A stretch of 64,000 nucleotides of DNA from Octopus vulgaris (taxonomy: Eukaryota), in assembly GCA_951406725.2 (NCBI GenBank), contig OX597819.1:106950001-107014000 (forward strand), written 5' to 3'. Shown here piece by piece: positions 1 through 11,852 of the stretch. Under the pieces are notes generated by a model. The model was not told the origin of the DNA, made no database searches, and saw nothing but the letters and a program-made list of their open reading frames with translations. The translations under genes and the position numbers were made by a program. Positions within the stretch are counted from its first letter, which is position 1, and every line of letters begins with the position of its first letter.

Positions 1-35
1 TTAACGGCGGTGTATCAGCATGGCCACAGCTCTGG
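1..35 (+). mobile_element. 3' tail fragment of the LINE/SINE shared tail
   Basis: AACGGCGGTGTATCAGCATGGCCACAGCTCTG matches the reverse complement of the LINE tail at 10634-10667 and the SINE tail at 13891-13915. Confidence 0.65.
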
Positions 36-419
36 GTGTCAAGAGCAATACATTGGCCAAACAAAAAATAGCATTCAACCAACACATAGACATTTGCGCC
101 AACAACAAAAATCCAAGCTTCAGAATATTTCCCCTCTACCAATTCAGGGACGATACAGCCTGGAACCAACGAATTAGTAAAGAAACTCTGTTTATTACAA
201 AATACAGTCCCCTTCCGAACAGGTCTACGACAAAGGACATGTCCACCTCGGCCTTAGAACAACACAAATACACACGAAAATATTTAAAATGATACACTCA
301 AGAGATTCCCAAGAATTCATTAAAAAACAGTGCTAATCACTGCTATAATCCTTAACGTGCCAATTTTAAGTCATTTAACACTTTACTACTTTCTACATTC
401 ATTCTTATTCTCCCTTCTC

Positions 420-481
420 TTTCTTCTTCTTCTTCTTCTTCTTCTTCTTCTTCTTCTTCTTCTTCTTCTTCTTCTTCTTCT
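420..481. repeat. (TTC)n microsatellite
   Basis: Direct reading; source of the poly-E ORF 352..540. Confidence 0.95.
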
Positions 482-848
482 CCTTCTCCTTTCTCCTTCC
501 TAACTTTATCACAAATGCTTTTTAGATAACACCGACTCAAATTCTATAAACAAAACATTCTAAAGAAATATTTTTATGAATTGAACAGCGACTGCTGCCA
601 TCTACTGACCATTCAAAATACTACTATCATGGCACTCCCAATTATTCCCCTCCTTCCCCTTCTCCTCCTTAATTTTTTTCTTCTTCTTCTTCCCTACCAA
701 GAATTCACAAGAACCTCGAACCCATAAGAGTAAACAAGAGTCACAGAGAGAGGCAGGAACAAGAAAATGCCATTTGTATTTGAACACTATGCAAATATTC
801 ATTTAAAAAATTTATCTTTTAATTTTTCTAAATTTAATTATTTAATTG

Positions 849-890
849 TTACAGTTGAAAAAGTCTCAATGACTGAAACCGGTACTGAAA
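849..890 (+). ncRNA. Minimal type-I hammerhead ribozyme candidate, U3-A8 core variant
   Basis: ttaCAG-TTGAAAA-AGTC tcaat GACT-GAAAC-CG-GTA/CTGaaa: stem I CAG/CTG, 4-bp stem II, palindromic ACCGGT stem III, NUH triplet GTA (predicted cut after 884). Confidence 0.65.
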
Positions 891-1024
891 TGTATTTTAT
901 AAAATTATTTTAGCATTTTCTATCTTGACTTTTTTTTCCATATATATATGTGTGTGTGTGTGTATATATATACTTATATATGTTGTGTATGTGTGTGTGT
1001 GGATAGACAGACATGCAGACAAAC

Positions 1025-1033
1025 AGATAGATG

Positions 1034-1106
<73 letters not shown>
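1025..1106. repeat. (GATA)n microsatellite
   Basis: Direct reading. Confidence 0.95.
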
Positions 1107-1107
<1 letters not shown>

Positions 1108-1202
1108 AAACAACGTTAATTTATTTCTATTGTAGTAGAAATATAGGAAAAATAGAATTTGAAAATGCTCTGGGAGTATTTAAAATATATTTTTTATTAT
1201 TA

Positions 1203-1439
1203 CTAGCTTAAGGTGACCCGCTCTACGCGCGGGTAAGAGTGTGGTTGTTACTTTCTGTTGCTTCCTTTCTGCTTTTTATCACTACATTCTCCCTCTTTCT
1301 TTCTCTCTCATTTCTCTTTCACTTTCCCACTCTCTTGCTCTTCATTTTTCTCGGACTCTCCTTCGCTTTCTCTTACTCTCTATTTTTCTCTATCTATCTA
1401 TCTCCCATTTATAAACAACAAAAGATCTTGCAGACAGAC

Positions 1440-1480
<41 letters not shown>

Positions 1481-1917
1481 TGGTGAAGGAAAGATAGTAG
1501 ACGCTATCAAATGACGTTATACAGAGAATGTGAAAAGAAGGGAGGAGAGAGAGAGAGAGAGAGATGGAGGAAAACAAGCAGACAATAGAATGCGATGGCG
1601 GCGAGGGTAAGATAATAGACGCTGTGAAACGACGTTATAGATAGAAAGTAATGGGAAGGGAGGAAAGAGAGTGAGTGATGGAGGAAGACAGATACATAAA
1701 AGAATGAGAGTAGACTTGTCAAATTGCGTTTTTGGCCCTAGCAACGACACTTTTTAAAATGAGGATTTCTAACGTAGCCCACTCGCATCCTCACCTCACT
1801 TTACATGTTCCTGTAAATTTTGGAGTCAATCCGACGGGATCTAGTGGCATTTAACCTGTTCTCAATACCAAAACCAGACAAACAAACTTTTCGCATTTCA
1901 GAATTATAATATAGAGA
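1203..1917 (-). mobile_element. Non-autonomous Helitron
   Basis: Minus strand starts TC (1917) and ends CTAG (1203), sits between A and T, and has a GC hairpin ACCCGC-N7-GCGGGT (1216-1234) 9 nt before CTAG; internal (GA)n tracts. Confidence 0.8.
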
Positions 1918-2809
1918 TATTTAAAGGTTTAACTGGTTTCACAGTGTGCACTAATTTTCAAAAAGTTGAAATAGAAAGATGTGGCTTACGTCGCAGCTCT
2001 CTTGCTTCTGACTAGTGTTTGAAGCTTACCCTATTTTTATAGGGAGTTCATGGCTCAAATTAGTATATGTTTTGAATAGGGCTTGATTGGTAAATGATAG
2101 TCATATTCGTGATCTTAGAAACTTTTGTAGTTTCCCCGCTACGTCCGTGTGTTAGTATCAATAAACAATGTTTAGCGTCGTAAGTTTAGGCTGACACGAT
2201 TGACTGAACAAGTCAAGTAGTAGAACTAAACAGTAATGCTCTGAATGCTTTGTGTAGAGAATGAACACGTGATTAAATTTAGAACCTTCTGCACGTTTCC
2301 CGCAACGAGCGTGCGTTAGTGTCACATGGCAGCCAGCACAAGCAATACTGGTCAACCTGGAGCCGGTTTGGAAATTAGCGCCAAATAGATGTTTGATTTT
2401 CATCAGCAAAAAAAAAATCCCTCAGCTTACTACTACTAAAATTTTCCCCCACCATGCCCGTATAAGTTCGTTTGAAGTGACCAAAGACTATTTCAACAAA
2501 CGAAATTCGTGAAATTATTTATAGATGAATATTAGTCACGATGGTATTATTTAAATACCATCACATGCTTGTGGTGAAGTAAGACGTTTTTAATGTTCAC
2601 TAGAATTTTGTTTTCTTACCATGTCTGTATTAGATTTGTGAATATTCTGTGGTAGAGAAGCATTTTTGAATTTTATTTTTAGCGATGTAGGTGCTCACGT
2701 GGTGCCTTCCTGTACGTAAATATAAGTATATCTGATATTGTATGCATATATTTTATTAATTTGCTTGTATGGCTGATAAACGCTCTTGCCACACGTGATG
2801 ATATTTTAA

Positions 2810-3065
2810 TAATACCATCCCTTCTTATATATCGTTCTTCCTAGCTCTCCTGTCTGACCACCTTTGTCTGGCATTGACCATGGTTGATCGCTAGCCACTA
2901 AACCTTTTTTTTTCTCTCTCTCTGCTTATTTCTGTGTTCCTTTCTGTTGAAGAGCGTAGGCTCGAAACGTAAAAGATTTTCTCACTTCCCGAGCGTTAAA
3001 CTAATACATCTGTTCGTTGTTTACACACCCGTTTTCATTTTTTGTTTTTTCTTTGTAAATTCCCA
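2810..3065 (+). mobile_element. Solo Penelope-like pseudo-LTR with hammerhead-like motif (2940-2975)
   Basis: Closely similar to 53820-54011, which follows a GIY-YIG ORF (shared GAAGAGCGTAGGCTCGAAACGTAAAAGA, GAGCG, CTAATACAT); ends in (TA)n. Confidence 0.75.
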
Positions 3066-3930
3066 TATATATATATATATATATATATTAAGAAAACTGA
3101 AATCATTGTATGATTGTAGACAGGTAAGATCCCCTGATAGCATTTACACGCGTCTGAGAACAAACGGAAGCGAACGGTACATAAAATTAACGGATGACTG
3201 GTTCATTAAATCTGTGATTATTTAGTCCATGTTTATTAATTCAGATGACCTGAACATACACAGTTATATATATTAACGAAGACGTCATTTCAAAATATTA
3301 CTAATCATTACTAATCTGTCATCTTAGCCAATTAAAATGAAATGGAACAGTAACAGGACAGTTGGAAACCAATGAACAACGACGAATTTATGAGGATTAA
3401 AATTAAAAAGCTAATGCAGCCCAGAATTTCTATCATCTATTTATTCATACTGAAGTCATGGCTTCATGAATTATTAATGAAAATTATTATATCAGCTCTG
3501 TCCACTCTAGCAACCTTGACATCAAATTATTTCTTGTTCGAGTTCAACATAAAATCTTTCCTACTGAAGAGGAAATCGTAAAAGAGAAGTTTAAAGCTTG
3601 AGCGTTACTCTAGTGACGCAGAGGTTTATTCTTCACACAAACCTACGCCTGAACGGATCTGATTATATATGGTGGTTCGTCTCAGAGAGGAGTAGTCGAT
3701 TACATATCAGAAGTCTATTCTTCTGGAATAATCCAGAATATGAAACAACCGATGGCAATATTCTTGGCTGTATTAACAATCTATGAATATATATACTTCA
3801 GGCTACATCTATATCTAGTACTCTTTTTATTCTTGGGCTTTCTTGTGTATTTTATATATGAGTGCATCTCTGCATATGTACATTCACACATACATATATA
3901 CATGTATCTTGAATATATACATATATCTGC

Positions 3931-3985
<55 letters not shown>

Positions 3986-4086
3986 TGAGAGAGTTGTGTG
4001 GGGGTGTACTACGCATTGAGTTGTATTTGTGTAACTTACCAAACCTATACATACACAAACTCACACAAACATACATTTAGACACAC

Positions 4087-4132
<46 letters not shown>

Positions 4133-4519
4133 GTGCATACTTGTGTGTATTGTGAACCACTTTCCTTTTTATTTCAAAGTTTTATTAACGTTTTCGCGTA
4201 TTCGCATACCAAATTTTTAGTTCGTCTGAAGCAATGGTATTCACATCTCATTCCTTTTACCAATATTTTGAGGTTACATCAGCCTCATCTTCATAATGTG
4301 CAGTTATTTTGTGTTCAATGTTGCTCGTTTCAAAACAGGGACCCTGTAATTATAGATGTCCTACCAAACTTTGGCCATTTTATACATAAATCAATTTATA
4401 CATAGATTCTAGAATAACCCAGATATAAAATTACCAGTACAATCCACTTGGATATATTGGAAATATAAAATGATAAAGCTTTTTTGTGTGTGCTATATAC
4501 TCATAGAGGCGGTTTATTG

Positions 4520-4650
4520 GATTTATTTATTGGAGTATATATTTCCGTCAGGATGAGTGAAGTTGAGCCACATGAAATGAAGTATTTTCCTCAGGAACAT
4601 AATTCATCGAATCATGAGTCTTACACCCTAGCCACTAAACCACACACCAT
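4520..4650 (-). mobile_element. Degenerate tRNA/CORE-like SINE head
   Basis: GAAATGAAGTATTTTCCTCAGGAACA...CACCCTAGCCACTAA resembles 10495-10600 and 33025-33139. Confidence 0.5.
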
Positions 4651-5914
4651 AACTATTAGGAATGTATGCCTACATATACTACTATCTACATCTACTTCAG
4701 GTGCTCGTTTTTATTCGTGTAAATTCTGTTCTATTTTACATAGTGTGTATTTGTGTGGGCGTGTTTGTCTGCGTGTGTGCGTGTGTGTGTTCGCGCACGT
4801 GTTCGTGTGTGCGTGTATGTGCGTGTCGCCAAGTAAACTGTTTAGATGTCAACATAATTTCACTCAAGAAGCATTGGCCAACGCCAGGTTGCCGTGGAAG
4901 ACGCTTGATGTCCATTCTAATGAAATTGAACTCGAAGCCATGAAGTTCCCAACACCTACACCCACCCATACATACACACTGTACAACAATGTTTGATATA
5001 CATGGTCTACAACTTATATGAAAAATCAATCGAAGTGACTGTAGTAAATATTTTTACAGCTGATAAATTTCAATTCAAATATGACAGTAATTAAAATGTT
5101 ATTAAAAAAAAGAAAGCCGAGGCAGCAATGATGTATCAACTTATAATGCAAATAATGAAAGCTGATAAGAGTGGCGTATAGTATAGCTGACGATGCGTTT
5201 TCCATGTTCTATACTATGGGAAATTACGCGCGTTGCGACTGAAATAGTTAGATACTTGACGTAATGTTCGCTTGTAAATTTAGAATGTTTCTGTCCTGAA
5301 TAACGTAACTAGTAGAATATACTTTTATCGAATAGATTTTAAAGTAATCTTTCTCAAAATTACTTACAAGTATTATTCTTTAAATGCACTTATCTTGTTG
5401 CACTTAACAAAGAAACAATCGTTTTACCCCTTCCTTTCTTATCACGGACAGCGCTCTGTTAAAAGCATGAACGTTGCTGTAAATGCAAGACATCAAAACA
5501 CACTGATGGTTTCTCCTTATGATCTCGTATAAATAACATTGTAATTTCTGCGTTCCACAACCTAGTCTTCTATAAAGAGCCAGAATTACGTCAGGCCTGA
5601 ACAGCTCTGCGATTGGACATGTAGCACATCAAGCGATTTGCAAACCAAGAATGTGTCTTGGGAATATACACATAATTCTCAAAATGGATTTATCATGTAC
5701 GTCTGAGACATGAATTTAGAATTAGAATTATGCTACTGTTGCATATTTAGAACAAACTTCTTAAGTCAGCAAATAACTTTGGAAACATTGTTATTCATTA
5801 ATTTATAAATATTGCTTGGACCGTGGTCTGCCGTAATGTAGTAGATTTACGCACATAATCACACACACAGAGTAGTTGTAGTAGTAGTAGTGGGTTTGTG
5901 TGGTTTTGGTATTG

Positions 5915-6075
5915 GTATTGCTGGTCTGATCGAGCTGAGCTATGATTCATGACATTCCGGCCGTGACCATTAAGCCTTTATGTATGTGCTGAGGACCACG
6001 ACCATATTAACCAATATGTCCTTTTCTAAGAAAGCAGGTTGTGATTTTTAACAAGATTAAGCTGTTATTTCTGTT
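5915..6075 (+). repeat. Old dispersed repeat (related copies ~27495-27630 minus, ~50590-50745 plus)
   Basis: Shared motifs CTATG..CATTCC(G/A)GC(C/T)(G/A)TGA and GATT..GCTG(T/C)TA seen by eye; diverged. Confidence 0.4.
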
Positions 6076-6114
6076 TTTTTTTTTAAAATAAGTTGAACCA
6101 CCACACAGAAGCCA

Positions 6115-6638
6115 GAATCTCTCATTAACCAAAACTATATTTATATATGAAACAACAAGATTAACTTACGACTAGCGTATTTGTATGTGTATTCATATAT
6201 CGGAGTTTTATATCTATTACATACTCTAGGCCTTTGCAATTATGAGATCAGTATGCAATTGTTATTGCTGTGCAGCCAATACTAATTTGGGGTTAAAGCT
6301 AGCAACATTGTCAACGACATCTCATCACAATCATAACTGCATTGTAGCAGTAACCGCAAGAATACCAGCATTGTCAGCCACAACAAAGATCCTACGAGAG
6401 AGATTCTATGTTGCTAAAATCTTCGGCATTTTGTTATTCTTTAGGGTACTGTTGGATAGTGCCCAAATTAGTACTGGCTGCACAGCAATAACAATTGCAT
6501 ACTGATCTCATAATTGTAAAGGCCTAGAGTATGCAATAAATATAAAACACTGATATATGAGCACACATACAAAGACACCAGTCGTAAGTTGATCTTGTTG
6601 TTTCATATATAAATATTGTGTTGGTTAATGAGAGATCC
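6115..6638. repeat. Foldback element: ~175-bp inverted arms (6117-6291 / 6462-6636), 170-bp spacer
   Basis: Manual alignment gives ~14 mismatches and no gaps (~92%). Confidence 0.95.
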
Positions 6639-6973
6639 ACTCTAATTGATTTCACTGAGATGCTCTTATGAAGGAGGCATAACTCTATGGCTAACAATGA
6701 GTGAATGCAAGTCTTTGCAGTGAAGTAGTTTGTTTCACATCAACATACACCAGAGTCGATTGATATGCACGCTGGTCAGGTGTTTTTGGCTAGTGAATGG
6801 CTGTATGTATTTATGTATGTATGTGTGTATGTGAGCGTGTGTGTGAGTACAAATACACACGTACATATTTGTATATTTGTACAGTAGAAAGCAAAAATGA
6901 ACAAGTAAAAAACTGGTATCACTTTAGAGCATGGAATTTATGTATTTAAGCACAATGGCTGAGGTGTTACACT

Positions 6974-7250
6974 CATGACACTCCGTCGGTTACAACGACG
7001 AGGGTTCCAGTTGATCCAATCAACAGAACAGCCTGCTCGTGAAATTAACGTGCAAGTGGCTGAGCACTCCACAGACACATGTGCCCTTAAAGTAAAAGAG
7101 TACGGCAGGGTTCACCACCACCCTCTGTCGGAGCCTCGTAGAGCTTTAGGTGTTTTCGCTCAATAAACATTCACAACTCCCGGTCTGGGAATCGAAACCG
7201 CTACTGACACGAGTCTGCTGTCCTAACCTCGAGGTCACTGCGCTTCCACG
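6974..7250 (-). mobile_element. tRNA-derived SINE
   Basis: Minus strand begins GTGGAAGCGCAGTGACC...GTTAGG...GTTTCGATTCC (A/B-box like); head and body resemble 11185-11478 but the 3' half differs. Confidence 0.75.
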
Positions 7251-8550
7251 GTGTTACAATAAATTTGTTGGAATAGGGTGTATCCTAACAAATAAAAGAG
7301 TAAAAGGTATACGTTAGATTACATAAAGTCTCTTACAGTGGTTTTCAGAATAGATGCGCATATGGTAAAATTTTCAGTGAACGAAGGTAATATATCCATA
7401 TGGTAGCAGACTATCCCATCTTCAGAAAGAAAAAGTGCTGCAGGTCTTTATTAGAGTATTTTAGTAGTGAACAGTTCCATCATTGAAGAGAGTGTAATGT
7501 AAATGAGGTAGACCATTAGTGGCATGCTCGTGTGAAGTATAAATTACAGTTAAAAAGGAAACACAGGGTCATGAATGTATGAAGGTAGATGCAAGCTAAT
7601 TCATATAGCAAGTGATAGACGAATAGATTTTAAGAATTTGACGAAAGCTGACATGGACAGAGAAGAACAGGTTCAGGGTAAGGTACGACGAAGATCATAG
7701 GTATAATAGCAAAAACCGCATTTACAATGTCAATGTCCAGTGTGACAAATGTATTAGCATTATCGGACGGTCAGCGGTGGGATGGAGGGTCGGGTTTAAG
7801 GACTGTAGAAAAGCAAACATCGCCTGGCACTAGCAGTCTAGCGTTGTGATTCAAGCGCTGTGTGGGGAAGGAATGGGTCATACAAGTTATCAGAAGGAGA
7901 AACTATAGGGTAGAGAAATGAATAAAGTCAAGATTGATACCAACAAGCTAATGTATAATTCTAACTATAAACAAGAAGTATTTACATTGTAAGTTAAGTG
8001 AAATTAAAGAGTTGACGCTAGCTTCAAATAATGTGATGTGCTACATTGTAAACGGAAATAGAATAAAATAAATATATTAGTCCAATTTAAATACTATTTA
8101 TTTTAAATAAATAATATTTAAATTCTTAGTTGAGTGAAAAAGAAAAATATTTTAAGTAGTCGCTTGATGAATGATCAAGTGACGAATAACAAGTTTAAAA
8201 AAATGAAAGAAAATAAAGTAAATGATCATTTTAATTTAGATTAAGAAAGTGATATAAGCATATGCAGTGTATCTATTTTGGGCAAGTGAGAATAACGTGT
8301 AAGAAAATTCGTATTATTGTATTTACATTTGAGGTGAAATCGAAAGGTCTTCAAGAAATGTCAAAATTGTTTATGTATCTGCATGTATCTGCTCAATGAT
8401 AAACTACTTCTAGCTACTCATTATTATGTGGTTCAAATGCCATTGTTTATTTCCGTCAGTTCAAGTCGGAGTTTTCTGTGATAAATCAAATTGAGCACTT
8501 ATTTTATATACCCATTACATGACGTCATTAAATAAAATTTTACTTGAATA

Positions 8551-8626
<76 letters not shown>

Positions 8627-8629
8627 ACA

Positions 8630-8680
<51 letters not shown>

Positions 8681-9688
8681 AGAGTTTTGAATGGATACCT
8701 GTGTACTAGATTTATTTTTATGATGACACAACTATTTAAAAGCCAAACAAAGGCTATATCATTTCCCTTTGCGACAAAGACATCATTACGTGCATGTACA
8801 TAATGGAATCATAGAATATTTAGTTATACACACTATCAGTAGTTTTATCCTTTCATAAGAAAATATTTAGACACCTTTTCATACATTAAATGATATAGCA
8901 ATCCACATATCAAAATAAACAAGAATGAAAAACGAGTATTCTAACTAAAAAATAGGCTGTCACAGAAAGCACAAGGAGAAAAACGACGCACCAAATACAT
9001 TAGATATCATACTTATTATAATATGCGCAGACCTCACATAAATGATATTATATAACACAACTGATGAGCTCATTTTCACAAAGTGAGTTAAAGAGAAAAC
9101 TTAATACAATACACAAAATAACATTAACAATAATAAACTAAAAAAACACTAAACTGGAAAACCTCATCATCATCAATTAGCCACTAGCAAAATCACAGAC
9201 AAAAATTTTGTTAAAAAACAAGTTAATTTATACTTTTTATTGGAAATTTAAAAATTTTTAAGTTTAAGCTTCTATCTGCTATATTGACCATCCAATTATC
9301 ACAATCTAACTCCCGCTGTACATCACTAAGAAAAAGTAATTACAATGCGGAACACAAAACGCAAAGCAAAACCAGATATGAAAACTCGAGTTGATAGAAT
9401 ACATATGCCGTACAGAATTTCTCTCGTAAAAAAGATGTTTAATATTCGCTGTAATATTCAAAGCAGTGCACAATACAAAAATAAACACAAACAACCTCGA
9501 GTATTGATGAAGTGAGATAAAATTTACAGACACTGCATAAATCTAACAGTCAAGTTCAAATTGCGGTGGTAATTATCAAAATCAAGCACATTGGCCCTGC
9601 TAATTGAGCCCCCCCAAAAAAAAAGAAATGAATAGCAATAAATTTAGCATTTAATACATTTAACATCATCCTGGTAATTCGTCTATAA

Positions 9689-9742
<54 letters not shown>

Positions 9743-9752
9743 ATATATATAT

Positions 9753-9790
<38 letters not shown>

Positions 9791-10266
9791 TCAAGCATGC
9801 ATGTATGTATATATGCATGATTTCGTCAGTGGGGTACTTTGCATCAGTGACTAATATACACAGTAACCTAAATAAGATCATATTAAAATGATTTAAAACT
9901 AGAAATAATGCATCAAACACAGATAAAGGAAAAGTGCTCCCCATACTTGTACACGTACATGAATACATGGACGATTATTGAATTTAGTTATCGTTACTGC
10001 TGTACATAGGATAAATGTGTTTGAAAGCTGCGGTTTCTTTGGTATGCTTGTTCCCAAATAACACTTCTTGTAGTTCTGTTGACATCGCCGAATTGAATGG
10101 TACCGCCCAGGTGTCGAAACCGTAATTATATCCGTGGGGCAGCGAATGATGGAGGTATGTTGGATTGTTGATAATGGCTGATTTTATATATGTGGAACAG
10201 TATTATAACACATCCATTTGATATATACAAAGCACATATTACATACATGCATTTATACATGTATGC

Positions 10267-10314
<48 letters not shown>

Positions 10315-10344
10315 TATATGTGTGAGTGAGACGATATTGGACAG

Positions 10345-10610
10345 ACTATCGCATGTTGTTATACATCGCTGGCCACAATGAGCTTCGCATTGTTTTAGAC
10401 TTCGAATGAGGCCGCCCCACTGGTAAGGCGAGCAAGAGTAACGTTTCTTCTAAATCGATGGGTTACCCGTTTATAGCTGGGTGAGAACTAGAGTAACGTA
10501 AAATGAAGTGTCTTGCTCAATAACACAACGTACCGCCAGGTACTGGAAACGAAACCATGTTCTAGCAATCCTGAGTGCAACACCCTCACCACTAAGAGGC
10601 GCGCTTTCAC
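10345..10610 (-). mobile_element. tRNA-derived SINE with CORE-like segment
   Basis: Minus strand TAGTGGTGAGGGTGTTGCACTCAGGA...GGTTTCG head followed by GTGTTATTGAGCAAGACACTTCATTT. Confidence 0.7.
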
Positions 10611-10611
10611 A

Positions 10612-11082
10612 TTTTTTTTTTCTCTAGTTTCAGCTCAGAGCGGCAGCCATGCTGCTGCACCGCCGTTTTTGTGCTACACTGTTATTACGAAGAACCTCGT
10701 CTAATATGTGGCACTTGGTGAAGAATGGAGTTTGATATAGCTACTCTCATTTGCACCTCTTGCCGTGAGGTAGGTTCATCTGGGACTCTCGACAGGAAGA
10801 TGTCCAGCTTTGATTTAAAAACCACTACATGTACTTTGTGCAAGTTCCTCAGACTCTTTGGGAAAATATTAAAAAGCTGTGGGCCCTTGAAACCCAGGCT
10901 GTTGCAGAAGCTGGTCCTGAAGCATGGCATTGCTGGGATCTTTGGCACTATGCAGTGTCGTCCCGTTCTAGCATTGGTGTAGCTTACAATGCCAAAATTT
11001 GGCACAATTCCTTCCAGGATCTTCCAGACATATATTACTGCATACCTCTCCCGTCTTCTCTCCAGGTTGTAGAGTCCTATAT
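10612..11082 (-). mobile_element. 5'-truncated CR1/L2-group LINE (LINE-A), ORF2 C-terminus plus 3' tail
   Basis: Minus-strand RRERYAVIYVWKILEGIVPNFG...GPQLFNIFPKSLR...FKSKLDIFLSRVPDEP; tail GGCGGTGCAGCAGCATGGC...GCTGAAACTAGAG(A)n. Confidence 0.9.
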
Positions 11083-11098
11083 TTATTTATATGTATGC

Positions 11099-11161
<63 letters not shown>

Positions 11162-11184
11162 TGTGTATGTTTATATATATAAAT

Positions 11185-11474
11185 ATTGTTGCTGTTTGTT
11201 CCTTCTCGAGCCACGCCTGACTCATAGGGCCGGTTTCCCGGTTTCCTTGGCGTATAGGTTCCGCTACTGGACAGCACGCCGGTCCGTCGCATGTGAGCTG
11301 CAAGATGCAGGAGAAAAGAGTGAGAGAAAGTTCTGGCGAAAGAGTCAGCAGAAGTTCGCCATTACCTTCTGCCAGAACCGCATGGAGCTTAGATGCTTCA
11401 CTCGTAAACACACATATCGAACCCGCGATCCCTCGACCGCGAGTCCGCTGCCCTAACCACTAGGTCATGTGCCT

Positions 11475-11478
<4 letters not shown>
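11185..11478 (-). mobile_element. tRNA-derived SINE with V-domain-like segment and (AAC)-like tail
   Basis: Head GACCTAGTGGTTAGGGCAGCGGACTCG...GGGTTCGAT; body GCGACGGACCGGCGTGCTGTCCAG...GAAACCGGGAAACCGG; inserted in (TA)n. Confidence 0.8.
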
Positions 11479-11520
<42 letters not shown>

Positions 11521-11561
11521 GTATATATGTATATATATATATATGTATATATATGTATATG

Positions 11562-11593
<32 letters not shown>

Positions 11594-11645
11594 TGTATAT
11601 ATATGTTTATATATGTATATGTGTATATATATGTATACATAAGTA

Positions 11646-11713
<68 letters not shown>

Positions 11714-11714
11714 C

Positions 11715-11773
<59 letters not shown>

Positions 11774-11794
11774 TATATACATATATATACATAC

Positions 11795-11826
<32 letters not shown>

Positions 11827-11852
11827 GTATATATATGTATATATATATGTAT
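11479..11852. repeat. Compound (TA)n/(TATG)n tract
   Basis: Direct reading. Other long (TA)n tracts include 12993-13144, 23088-23258, 40285-40414, 50204-50330 and 56720-56795. Confidence 0.95.

Larger units (their letters stand above)
40..910 (+). mobile_element. Penelope-like element 3' remnant (GIY-YIG C-terminus plus pseudo-LTR region)
   Basis: ORF 20..292 reads HIDICA...FRIFPLYQ...RISKETLFITKYSPLPN, matching the PLE endonuclease end pattern R..KE..FI....P.LN; a hammerhead motif follows at 849-890. Confidence 0.6.

Noticed and set aside
9055-9110. CTGATGA plus hairpin (similar weak cases at ~3565 and 34097-34132)
   Set aside because: GAAA is missing or misplaced and stem I is absent or poor; cannot be told from chance.
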